Positions 55,805 to 64,000 of a stretch of 64,000 bases of DNA are shown here, piece by piece. A program made the position numbers and the translations under genes. The notes beneath the pieces were generated by a model, which was given only the letters and a program-made list of their open reading frames with translations, was not told the origin of the DNA and did not search any database. How positions within the stretch are numbered: the first letter of the stretch is position 1; every line of letters begins with the position of its first letter. The stretch comes from a virus. The stretch lies in the IMG/VR virus record IMGVR_UViG_3300020281_001713; one strand, 5' to 3'.

Positions 55805-56480
55805 GACAAAGAAGTTATTTTTTAAACAATACTTATTTAAAGTCGAGCTTAAAAATCAACTCAACATAATATTTAGATCAGAAAATCAGAAAAGTAAATC
55901 TTTAGATTTTGCAAGAGAACAGTTAGACTCTTTTGCAAGCAATTACCGTAATGGACAACCATTAGTACAAAAAGTTTTTAGAACAGAACGTGAAGTACCT
56001 ATGGATGATTATTTAGGTGCAAAAAATTTATATTTGCTATTAAAAGATGAAAAAGAGTATAAAATAAGAGTAGAAACTGGAGCTAGTATTTCTGTTTATA
56101 CAAACAATGACACACTTTTATACAAATTAATAGACAAATTAGAAAATTCTATACACGGAATTTGGCGACCTGCTCCAGCAGTAGGACATATCCTCAAAGA
56201 AGATAATATTATTGTAAACACTAAGACGGAATTTCCTATCAGAGTAATATTTAAAGACGAAAAAGTTGCTCCTGATTTTGCTAATTGGCTACGTGCAAAT
56301 AGAGATAAATCAAGGATAGGTGATAAAGCTCTACAATCAATAGATGATAATTTAAATTTGGGTGGTTTTTACTTTCATGTAAGAGACGAGAAAGTATTAT
56401 CTATTGTGCAAATGTTAGTAGGACACGCTATAAGAGGCACATACAATTTAGTGTACATGCCTCCAACTATTGATAAATAG
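55782..56480 (+). CDS. Hypothetical protein
   Basis: 232-aa ORF. Confidence 0.7.
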   Translation: MKSLKQYETKKLFFKQYLFKVELKNQLNIIFRSENQKSKSLDFAREQLDSFASNYRNGQPLVQKVFRTEREVPMDDYLGAKNLYLLLKDEKEYKIRVETGASISVYTNNDTLLYKLIDKLENSIHGIWRPAPAVGHILKEDNIIVNTKTEFPIRVIFKDEKVAPDFANWLRANRDKSRIGDKALQSIDDNLNLGGFYFHVRDEKVLSIVQMLVGHAIRGTYNLVYMPPTIDK

Positions 56481-56484
56481 TTAT

Positions 56485-56826
56485 ATGAGCAGTAATAGTG
56501 AAATAATTTTATCAGCAAATACGCATCCAGGCGATAGTACACAAACCTTTATAACAGGCGAACAATTTAAAGGTGACGGGTACTACGGCCGCAGTGATGG
56601 CCTTCATACTGTACAATACAACTATACTGGGTTTACAGGAACCTTAAAAGTAGAAGCAACACTTGCAACAACACCCGGCACCGCTGATTGGTTTCATGTA
56701 GATAGTGTTGTATTATCTAATGATACTGGCTCAACTATAAACAATTTTACTGGAAACTATATTTGGCTTAGAGCCCATGTGTCTTATACGGATGGCACTA
56801 TAAACAGTATTGTAATGAATCATTGA
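56485..56826 (+). CDS. Putative structural protein, probably leaderless
   Basis: ATG lies 5 nt after GATAAATA; GDGYYGRSDGLHTVQY...NFTGNYIWLRA. Confidence 0.7.
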   Translation: MSSNSEIILSANTHPGDSTQTFITGEQFKGDGYYGRSDGLHTVQYNYTGFTGTLKVEATLATTPGTADWFHVDSVVLSNDTGSTINNFTGNYIWLRAHVSYTDGTINSIVMNH

Positions 56827-56836
56827 GGAATTAAAA

Positions 56837-57403
56837 ATGGAAAATTTTGTAAGAGTAGTAATGGAAAAACATGAATCACTAACTAAATTAGATGAATCAA
56901 TTTTTCCTAGTAGCGAAGTATACGAATCAGAACAGGGTGCAACAGTTATTGAAATACCTTTGGCTAGATTACTTTCAGAAGACGAAGCTACAGAATATGC
57001 AAATCGTTTAGCTAACTATATGTTTGAACAAGGGCATGAAGATTTTGATATTGAAATAAGCACTGATTTAGAAGACGACCTCGATGAAGAAACATATGAC
57101 GGTGATGACTTTTACGAAGAATATGGAGTAATGTGGTTTAACGAAGATGACGATTTAGATGAAGCAGAGTACAGGGGGCGTAAAGTAAAATTGGGAAAGC
57201 CAACCCGTGGGGATGTCAAAAAGTTTAAAGTTTATGTAAGAGACCCCAAAACAAAAAATATCAAAAAAGTAAACTTTGGTGACCCAAACATGAAAATTAA
57301 AAAATCTAACCCTGCAAGACGTAGGAGTTTTAGAGCTAGACATAATTGCGACAATCCAGGACCAAGAACAAAAGCGAGGTATTGGAGTTGCCGTAAATGG
57401 TAG
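56837..57403 (+). CDS. Acidic N-domain plus basic C-terminal module (putative head-packaged protein)
   Basis: LDE motifs; YRGRKVKLGKP...RARHNC...ARYWSC. Confidence 0.7.
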   Translation: MENFVRVVMEKHESLTKLDESIFPSSEVYESEQGATVIEIPLARLLSEDEATEYANRLANYMFEQGHEDFDIEISTDLEDDLDEETYDGDDFYEEYGVMWFNEDDDLDEAEYRGRKVKLGKPTRGDVKKFKVYVRDPKTKNIKKVNFGDPNMKIKKSNPARRRSFRARHNCDNPGPRTKARYWSCRKW

Positions 57404-57570
57404 ATGGTGGTTATACAGAGTACGGCTATAGAGGATTAGAAGAAGTGAGAGCAAAAGACATAGAAATTACAAAGCTCAAAGAAGAAATTAGTAAATTAAA
57501 AATGCAACTACAAGGTATGGAAAATCGTTGCAATGATTTACAGGCTAAAGCAAGTATACCTCGATATTAG
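57397..57570 (+). CDS. 57-aa coiled-coil protein
   Basis: MVDGGYTEYGYRGLEEVRAKDIEITKLKEEISKLK...; not in the ORF track. Confidence 0.55.
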   Translation: MVDGGYTEYGYRGLEEVRAKDIEITKLKEEISKLKMQLQGMENRCNDLQAKASIPRY

Positions 57571-57587
57571 GAAGTTAGAGAGAAAAA

Positions 57588-57917
57588 ATGAAAATAAATG
57601 AATTCGCAACACCACATACTGATAATTTACCTTATGACGTTGTAGATGATCTATCTATTTTCATGCGTAACGACCCTATGTTTTACCGTAAAAGAATGTA
57701 TCCATGTATTATGAAAATGAAAGATATGCATGATGGGCAAAAGAGTATTGTACCACAGCAAGTATTAGGTCCTATTGTAGATGAAGCTATGGACAAATAC
57801 TGCGAAAAGTTTAAATTAGGCAGTAGAGATAAAATATTTAAACTGCAAGATCGTGACGAAGCCATAAACAAAATTTTTGGTGAAGAAATGAAACAGATTG
57901 AAACTGGAGCATACTAA
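57588..57917 (+). CDS. Hypothetical protein (MKINE N-terminus)
   Basis: 109-aa ORF. Confidence 0.7.
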   Translation: MKINEFATPHTDNLPYDVVDDLSIFMRNDPMFYRKRMYPCIMKMKDMHDGQKSIVPQQVLGPIVDEAMDKYCEKFKLGSRDKIFKLQDRDEAINKIFGEEMKQIETGAY

Positions 57918-59228
57918 ATGCTGGTCAGGGAATTATATGAAGCCGAAAAGGCGGCAACACTAGCATTTGGGAGAATGAATCCTCCCACTATAGGTCACAA
58001 AAAGTTAGTTGACGTTGTAGCTTCCCAGCAAGGTGATCCTTTTCTGTTTATAACCCAAACACAAAAACCAAAAACTGACCCTTTAGATTTTCAAACAAAG
58101 CTTAAATTTGCAAAGCAATTTTTTCCCAATGTTACAGTAGGTGATAGTAGTGTTAATACTATTATAAAAGCATTACAAAAATTGGAGTCTTTAGGTTATA
58201 CCAGTATAACTTATGTAGCTGGCAGTGACAGAGTAGATGATTTCAAAGAATTAATTACAAAATATAATGGCAAGGAGTATAATTTTAAAAATATACAAGT
58301 TGTAAGTGCTGGAGAACGTGATCCTGACGCTGACGGTGCAGAAGGAATGAGTGCTAGTAAAATGAGAGCCGCGGCAATGTCAGACGATTTTGATTCTTTC
58401 AAACAAGGTGTAATAGATCAAAAATTAGCCAATGCTTTATATGATGCAGTACGCAAAGGAATGGGAATTACAGAACGAGAACTTACAAAAGGTGAAGAAA
58501 AAGAAAAAGAACGTATTGTAAAGGGTATGAAAAAAACAAAAAGTAGTTTTAAAAAGCGTTACGGAAAAGATGCTGATGCTGTAATGTATGCAACAGCAAC
58601 TAAACTTGCAAAAAACCAAGAAGATATTGCAGAACTTAAAGTAGCACAACAAAGACCTAAGATAGATGTTTTAACAAATATAAGTGCAAGAAAAGATCAG
58701 AATCCTTGGCCACTAAGTTATAAAGATACAGGTGATATGACAGCAAGTTCAGGAGGCAAAATTTTTATTGGTCCTAAAGAAGCAACAAAATTTATTAATT
58801 TTTATGATACTAGAGCAGAAGATGAACAAGAGCTTATGCAAAAAGCATTAAAGACTTTTCAAGGTGCTCAGAATTTATTTAAAAATTTAGGAATACGTGT
58901 ACAAGTAGAGGAAAACGCAAACGAAGGTGATCTTGTTTTAGACAGATCAGCATTAATAGCACACTTACAAAGAGAAATTGAAAAATTTGCAAGTCAAGAA
59001 ACTGATGTAGAAAAACTAAGCTTTATACTTAAACAATTAAGTGGTCAAAAAGTAAAAACAAGAAATAAAAAATACTTTACTGTTACAGATGAAGATATTT
59101 TAGAAGGAATAAAGAAGGCATTAAAAAATTTAAAAGGACCTGGATACTATTCATTGGATAAAGATAATCCAGATCACGCGGCAGATGATATAGATAAACT
59201 TAGAAGACGTTTAAAGAAGAAAAAATGA
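57918..59228 (+). CDS. Cytidylyltransferase-like (HxGH-class) protein with appended modules
   Basis: AFGRMNPPTIGH, VAGSDR, SAGERDPD, MSASKMR. Confidence 0.85.
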   Translation: MLVRELYEAEKAATLAFGRMNPPTIGHKKLVDVVASQQGDPFLFITQTQKPKTDPLDFQTKLKFAKQFFPNVTVGDSSVNTIIKALQKLESLGYTSITYVAGSDRVDDFKELITKYNGKEYNFKNIQVVSAGERDPDADGAEGMSASKMRAAAMSDDFDSFKQGVIDQKLANALYDAVRKGMGITERELTKGEEKEKERIVKGMKKTKSSFKKRYGKDADAVMYATATKLAKNQEDIAELKVAQQRPKIDVLTNISARKDQNPWPLSYKDTGDMTASSGGKIFIGPKEATKFINFYDTRAEDEQELMQKALKTFQGAQNLFKNLGIRVQVEENANEGDLVLDRSALIAHLQREIEKFASQETDVEKLSFILKQLSGQKVKTRNKKYFTVTDEDILEGIKKALKNLKGPGYYSLDKDNPDHAADDIDKLRRRLKKKK

Positions 59229-59431
59229 ATATTGAACGTTTAAAAGAACTAGCAGGTGTAAATGAATTTAAAGGTTACACAGAATATACTTTGGAGAATA
59301 TGAGTAAAACTGCAAATGAGCTAAAAAAGAAAGAAAAGGAAAACAATATTAAGCCTGGAGATAAGGAATGGTTTGAACTATGGTTTAGCAAGCCTTATAT
59401 GACAGGGGCAACATTTAGAGGAAGGAAGTAA
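59225..59431 (+). CDS. Hypothetical protein
   Basis: LKELAGV and IKPGDKEWFELWF. Confidence 0.65.
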   Translation: MNIERLKELAGVNEFKGYTEYTLENMSKTANELKKKEKENNIKPGDKEWFELWFSKPYMTGATFRGRK

Positions 59432-59676
59432 TGAGCTTAAGAACTTGGTGGCAACGAGTTACTAAAGAAGAGTATGAACTTATATTAACAGTACCAAACG
59501 ATACATTGGTTCATGCTGACGGAACTAGGACTGAATCCACAAAACAGGTTAAATACAAAGCAAAGAAATTAATAAAGGTAACACCAAAGCACATTATTTT
59601 TAAAGATCTAGATAATAATAGGAATGAATTGAAATTTTTGAAGCCGATAGAATATCATATTAAGAAGGTTTGGTAA
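59431..59676 (+). CDS. Hypothetical protein
   Basis: 81 aa, TAATG coupling. Confidence 0.6.
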   Translation: MSLRTWWQRVTKEEYELILTVPNDTLVHADGTRTESTKQVKYKAKKLIKVTPKHIIFKDLDNNRNELKFLKPIEYHIKKVW

Positions 59677-59677
59677 A

Positions 59678-59872
59678 ATGAAAACAAATGAAGTAACAGA
59701 ACAAAAACTTGTAACAGAAGCAGAATTTGATGAAGCCGCTGGCAAAAAAGATGCTTGTTATCACAAAGTTAAAAGTCGCTATAAAGTTTGGCCAAGTGCA
59801 TATGCAAGTGGTGCATTAGTACGTTGTCGTAAAGTAGGCGCAAAAAACTGGGGGAATAAGTCAAAAAAATGA
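59678..59872 (+). CDS. Small basic protein
   Basis: KKDACYHKVKSRYKVWPSAYASGALVRCRK. Confidence 0.7.
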   Translation: MKTNEVTEQKLVTEAEFDEAAGKKDACYHKVKSRYKVWPSAYASGALVRCRKVGAKNWGNKSKK

Positions 59873-62154
59873 GATACAGTGATTTCAAAGAAGGAACACG
59901 TTGCTGGAAGGGCTACAAAAAGAAGGGCATGAAAACTATGTTCGGAAAACGTGTGCCTAATTGTGTAAAAAATGAAGCAGACCTTGAAGAAGCTAGTATT
60001 AGTAGCACAAGAGATGCTATAGAAGTACTTGCCCAACTTAGAGGTAAAGGAAAACAGCTTGAAAGAGGGCAACAAGAATACAAAGGCAATCTACCAAATG
60101 AATATGTAAACGATGTATATGACGTATATACTTGGATGGAAAACAAATTAGGCGGATTTCCTGCAGGTGCTCCTGACAAATTAAAACCTATTTTAAAAGA
60201 TGTAATGGCTTTACGGGGCGAAGCTAAAAAAATGGAAAGAATTTACAAACCCGATTTACAGCATAGCAATGATCATATGGGTGCGGCAGCTTTTGCTAAT
60301 TTAGTAGTCAATACACTTTATCCTTTGATGCAATGGCTAGATATGAATGACCAAATGTTCGAAGGCACAACAGGCGAAATAAAAAAAAACTCTGAACAAT
60401 GTAAAGACGGTGAATACTACTGTAACGATAGTAAGCAATGTAAACCCATACCTCCAGGACATTATGTAGACGATACTGGATATCTCGTAAAGGAAGATCT
60501 ACGTGCATGGTTTGGTAAAGGTAAAAAAGGCGGTGCAGGTGGTGGCGGCTGGGATAGATATAACACTAAAGGTGAGCGTATAGGTAAGTGTGGTGATTCT
60601 AAACCTGGTGAGGGCAAGCCAAAGTGTTTAAGTAAGTCAAAAGCCGCAAGTCTAAGATCAAGTGGTGGCAAAAAAGCTATAGCAAATGCTGTTAAACGCA
60701 AAAGGAAAAAAGATCCTAATCCAGATAGACGCGGTAAAGCTAAAAATGTAAAAAACAAAGTTAAAGAATACGGTGTTGGCATTGTAACAAAACAAAATGC
60801 TACAAAGGATGTTCCTGTTGGTGGTGAATATATGAATGTTAAAAAACTTTCATTAGATAAGAAACCTAAAAAAAAACGTAAACTTAAATCAAATTACACT
60901 AGAAACGAACTACCGCAAATTAAAAACAAGCAACTTGAAAATATCAAACATAGTCTTGAAACTATAGATATAAAAAAGCTTATTCCTGTACAAGAGGAAC
61001 GTATACTAGAAAATTTTAAAAAACAAGTTGACAATATTGTTGCAGGCGACTATAATCCTATTATTATAGATAGTAAAAATAGAATAGTAAACGGACATCA
61101 TAGATATACTGCACTACAAATGTTAGGAATTAAAGAAGCAGATGTTGCTAGATTACCTTTTACACTAGAAAAAATACTAGAAATATTTGAAGCAGATCAT
61201 TTTAAGAATCCAAAGAATACTTTTCTTACAAAAGCAGATACTGCTTATGACTTTCTTCGTATAGGAAAGCATGTTGCTAATATCAAGAGTGTAAAAAAAG
61301 GAGCAAACAGAGATGAACCAGATGTAATGGTTGTTCCTTTTGGTGGAGAAAAAGAAAAGAAACATTTAAAAAAGCATTTAAATCGTATAGGTTATAAAAC
61401 ACAAGACGCAGATAAGCACGGTGATGACGGTCACGTAGATGAAAGTCTTAGGGAAGCTTTAGGCGAAATAAAAAAAAACTCTGAAATTTATGTAGACATG
61501 GATGGTGTACTTGCTGACTTTTTCGGTGAATGGTCAAAGTCACAAGGCGTTGATAATTGGAAAGATATAAAAGATCCTGCACAAGCAATAGGTGATATCA
61601 AAGATATAGATGACTTTTGGTTAAATTTACCATTACTTCCTAAAGCAAAAGAGCTATTAGGATTAATAAAACAAGTAAAAGGTAGTTATAGTATATGTAC
61701 CAGTCCACTAGCAGATGATCCACGTAGCGAACCACACAAACGTGAATGGATTAAAAATAATTTAAGTTTTTTTCCGCCAAAAAATGTTTTTGTAACACAT
61801 AACAAAGCACAATTTGCAACACAAAAAGACGGCACACCTAATATACTAATAGATGACTTTGGCAAAAATATAGAGTCCTGGGAAAACGCTGGTGGTATAG
61901 GTTTTAAATACAAAGATTACAAGTTCCAAAGGACAGCAAAAGAAATAAAACAAAAAATCAAAGAACCTGCAACCGAAAATTTTGCAGATGGTAAGAAAAA
62001 AGGCAAAAGCAGACCAGGACGTGTGAAACGTTCAGGTGCAAGTTGTAAAGGTTCTGTCACTGATTTACGTAAAAGAGCCAAAAATTCCTCAGGCGAAAAA
62101 CGTGCTATGTATCATTGGTGCGCCAATATGAAAAGCGGTCGCTCTAAAAAATAA
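59869..62154 (+). CDS. Modular polyprotein with ParB/Srx-like and HAD 5'(3')-nucleotidase domains
   Basis: PIIID...IVNGHHRY; IYVDMDGVLADF...ILIDD; several short basic or Cys modules. Confidence 0.8.
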   Translation: MRYSDFKEGTRCWKGYKKKGMKTMFGKRVPNCVKNEADLEEASISSTRDAIEVLAQLRGKGKQLERGQQEYKGNLPNEYVNDVYDVYTWMENKLGGFPAGAPDKLKPILKDVMALRGEAKKMERIYKPDLQHSNDHMGAAAFANLVVNTLYPLMQWLDMNDQMFEGTTGEIKKNSEQCKDGEYYCNDSKQCKPIPPGHYVDDTGYLVKEDLRAWFGKGKKGGAGGGGWDRYNTKGERIGKCGDSKPGEGKPKCLSKSKAASLRSSGGKKAIANAVKRKRKKDPNPDRRGKAKNVKNKVKEYGVGIVTKQNATKDVPVGGEYMNVKKLSLDKKPKKKRKLKSNYTRNELPQIKNKQLENIKHSLETIDIKKLIPVQEERILENFKKQVDNIVAGDYNPIIIDSKNRIVNGHHRYTALQMLGIKEADVARLPFTLEKILEIFEADHFKNPKNTFLTKADTAYDFLRIGKHVANIKSVKKGANRDEPDVMVVPFGGEKEKKHLKKHLNRIGYKTQDADKHGDDGHVDESLREALGEIKKNSEIYVDMDGVLADFFGEWSKSQGVDNWKDIKDPAQAIGDIKDIDDFWLNLPLLPKAKELLGLIKQVKGSYSICTSPLADDPRSEPHKREWIKNNLSFFPPKNVFVTHNKAQFATQKDGTPNILIDDFGKNIESWENAGGIGFKYKDYKFQRTAKEIKQKIKEPATENFADGKKKGKSRPGRVKRSGASCKGSVTDLRKRAKNSSGEKRAMYHWCANMKSGRSKK
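60372..60396 (+). repeat. 25-bp direct repeat, copy 1
   Basis: AGGCGAAATAAAAAAAAACTCTGAA. Confidence 0.85.
61461..61485 (+). repeat. 25-bp direct repeat, copy 2
   Basis: Identical to 60372-60396; offset is 1089 bp (in frame). Confidence 0.85.
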
Positions 62155-62165
62155 TAATTACTTAC

Positions 62166-62456
62166 ATGAAATTGGTTAATACAGGCTTAATCATAGCTAT
62201 CTTTTTTTGGTTTTGGCCTGTAAGGTTTTTTACTAAAAAAAATAATTGTTATCATTGGACCCTCGAACAACTCATTACAAAAGGCGGCAGTACAGAATGG
62301 TATCCTTCTCGTAGGTGGGCAGGTTATCATGTAGTATGGATTGATAAAAACAATGTGGCGTGGGAATATACAAGAAAAATGCCTAGAAATGCACCTTGGT
62401 ATACCATGATTTTTTACGAAGGACACGTAAGAAGATTTCGTGGCAAAAGAAAATAA
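62166..62456 (+). CDS. Hypothetical protein, probably leaderless
   Basis: 96 aa; AATAATTA-N5-ATG. Confidence 0.6.
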   Translation: MKLVNTGLIIAIFFWFWPVRFFTKKNNCYHWTLEQLITKGGSTEWYPSRRWAGYHVVWIDKNNVAWEYTRKMPRNAPWYTMIFYEGHVRRFRGKRK

Positions 62457-62487
62457 TTAGGATAAATATATTATAAGGAGATTTATT

Positions 62488-62568
62488 ATGTGTGCAAATC
62501 CAAATTGCAAATGCGAAAATTGTACTTGCTCACCCTGCACTTGTGCAGGTTCTGATTGCGGGTGCTAA
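62488..62568 (+). CDS. Metallothionein-like microprotein (26 aa, 9 Cys)
   Basis: MCANPNCKCENCTCSPCTCAGSDCGC; AAGGAG SD; late motif at 62461-62468. Confidence 0.75.
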   Translation: MCANPNCKCENCTCSPCTCAGSDCGC

Positions 62569-62787
62569 ATGAAAATTAAAGAAATATTAGAAACTAGTGA
62601 ATCTGGTGTAACCGTCGCGGGTAGTATTGCAACCATTGCAAGTGTGCCTGGAGCAAAACGCAAAGTAAAGAAAAAAGGCAAGTATGGAGCACCTGAAGCA
62701 CCGCAAGCTACAAATTCAGACGGCACAGCTAAAAATGCACTAGATCTCAAGGCCAACGTAATGGGCGGCAAGGCTATAAAACGATAA
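62569..62787 (+). CDS. Small putative head-packaged protein
   Basis: MKIKEILE N-terminus. Confidence 0.65.
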   Translation: MKIKEILETSESGVTVAGSIATIASVPGAKRKVKKKGKYGAPEAPQATNSDGTAKNALDLKANVMGGKAIKR

Positions 62788-62814
62788 ATACGTATAGAAC
62801 AACGGGAACCTAAA

Positions 62815-63294
62815 ATGAGAAAAGCAGAAATAGAAGAAGGATTAGGCGAACTAGCAGACATTGCTGAAAGAGATCACGAAGTGCAAATGGCCCGTGCTCA
62901 GCTTTACAAATCCGCAAAGTATTCAATAAAGCTTCACGAGATGCTTAAAAATGTAAGCGAAGCTGATGGCCTTGAAGGTTGGATACAATCTAAAATTACA
63001 AAAGCTAGTGAAATGCTAGGTTCTGTTTATCATCATTTAGATTATGAAAATAGCCCAATGTCAGAATCACAAAAAGATACACATTGCAAAGATGAGTGTT
63101 GCGGTAGTGATGTAAAAAGAGAAGACTGCGAATGTCCTCCAAACTGCAAACACTGTAATTGCAACGATGATAGTATACCGGAAGAAAAAACTTACAAAGA
63201 GCAACTACATGCAAAACTAGAAGGTAAGTTTAAATCAGCCGCACATCGTAAAGCTGTACATGCTGGGAAAGCTTCTGGCAAAAGAAAAAAATAA
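62815..63294 (+). CDS. Hypothetical protein with a Cys-rich insert
   Basis: DHEVQMARAQL...LEGWIQSKITKA; CKDECC...CECPPNCKHCNC. Confidence 0.7.
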   Translation: MRKAEIEEGLGELADIAERDHEVQMARAQLYKSAKYSIKLHEMLKNVSEADGLEGWIQSKITKASEMLGSVYHHLDYENSPMSESQKDTHCKDECCGSDVKREDCECPPNCKHCNCNDDSIPEEKTYKEQLHAKLEGKFKSAAHRKAVHAGKASGKRKK

Positions 63295-64000
63295 TGGATT
63301 ATCATGCACTCCAACAAAAGTTATTTGAACTTGATCCTGCAGATCCTGCGGAAGATATACGAAAAATTAGAGAGATGGCTGAAGGAGAAGCACCCTCTGG
63401 ACATGAAGTTTTAAATAAAACAATTACAGAAACTGTAGAAGTTGAACCAGGATCGGTTCCAGTAGATAAAGATTATAGTGTTAGCGATTTTGCTAAACTT
63501 GCCGGAGTGCAATTGAATGAAGCTACTCCGTTAGATGCTATTAAACATGGTTTTAAAAATTATAACAAAGTAGATGCACTTAATGTTAAATTAGATGCTC
63601 CAAAAGATAAGCCTGCTCCTGTAAAAGGTACTACACCTGCACCAAAGCCAAAACCAGGAGAACCTGCACCAAAGCCACAAGGTGGTGATTGGCCAACAAG
63701 TAAAGAAGGTCATACTTTAGCTAAAGGTGATCTAGTTTCATATAAGAATGCAAAAGGACAATTTAGAAAAGATGTACCTGTAGTTGACCTAATCCAAGGC
63801 AAAGTTGATGGTGAAGGCAAACCACAAATCCAACTTAATATGAAAGGTGCTACTTACGCTATAAGCCGTAAACAAATAATGTCGGTAAATGGTAAAAAGT
63901 TTACATTAGTAGACGCAAAAGCAGGCACTGGTACTATTGAAGCATTAGAAGCAAGAATAGCTTATCTTGAAGATGTAATAAAAGAATTTGTAGAAGGCAA
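63294..64000 (+). CDS. Hypothetical protein, 3'-truncated by the window edge
   Basis: TAATG-coupled MDYHALQQKLFELDP...DFAKLAGVQLNEA...; appears open to the window end. Confidence 0.65.
   Translation, partial: MDYHALQQKLFELDPADPAEDIRKIREMAEGEAPSGHEVLNKTITETVEVEPGSVPVDKDYSVSDFAKLAGVQLNEATPLDAIKHGFKNYNKVDALNVKLDAPKDKPAPVKGTTPAPKPKPGEPAPKPQGGDWPTSKEGHTLAKGDLVSYKNAKGQFRKDVPVVDLIQGKVDGEGKPQIQLNMKGATYAISRKQIMSVNGKKFTLVDAKAGTGTIEALEARIAYLEDVIKEFVEG

Noticed and set aside
60381-60389. A9 run as a programmed frameshift or phase-variation site
   Set aside because: The frame is intact, no alternative-frame product is evident, and A-runs are common in this AT-rich, Lys-rich DNA.
1-64000. Stop-codon reassignment or a suppressor tRNA
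   Set aside because: TAA, TAG and TGA all end recognisable full-length genes, and no CTA, TTA or TCA anticodon was found. The tRNA at 12281 centres on TAT in a 7-nt loop.
1-64000. CRISPR array, diversity-generating retroelement, group I/II intron or intein
   Set aside because: I saw no regularly spaced repeats, no reverse transcriptase and no interrupted conserved genes by eye.

Overview
This AT-rich, densely coding window is almost entirely on the + strand and comes from a large lytic tailed phage, probably an aquatic jumbo myovirus with a proteobacterial host (inference). It reads with the standard genetic code, and I saw no integrase, CRISPR array or intron. Layout: 1-15.9 kb holds early/middle accessory, repair and metabolic genes (ACP, pseudoazurin, DNA ligase, HhH-GPD glycosylase, QueD, PyrD, UvdE) and a tRNA region; 15.9-40.4 kb holds IscA and very large tail/baseplate proteins; 40.4-48.7 kb holds replication and auxiliary genes (DnaE fragment, GroES, MazG, exonuclease, clamp loader, ferredoxin, ThyX, heme/Cu monooxygenase-like protein, PqqA, PhoH); 48.8-55.8 kb holds a lysis cassette, DnaJ and ClpA; 56-64 kb holds modular putative head-packaged proteins. 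The main finding is at 11771-12374: a promoter, a 21-codon leader peptide, and mutually exclusive antiterminator/terminator hairpins directly in front of five tRNA genes (Trp, Tyr, Pro, Cys, Ile-UAU). The leader contains the consecutive codons TAT-ATA-TGG-TGC-CCA, one for each of those tRNAs, so it looks like a translation-coupled attenuator that expresses backup tRNAs when the matching host tRNAs are missing. Other notable items are an intact tRNA-Arg inside a reading frame, a tRNA-Ile(UAU) with an extra GAU-loop hairpin, an unannotated PqqA peptide, a 26-aa metallothionein-like gene, an AUU-initiated pyrD, probable leaderless late genes, a ubiquitin-like domain among tail genes and a 25-bp direct repeat bracketing an in-frame module block. 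All family calls come from motif recognition by eye; no searches were run.
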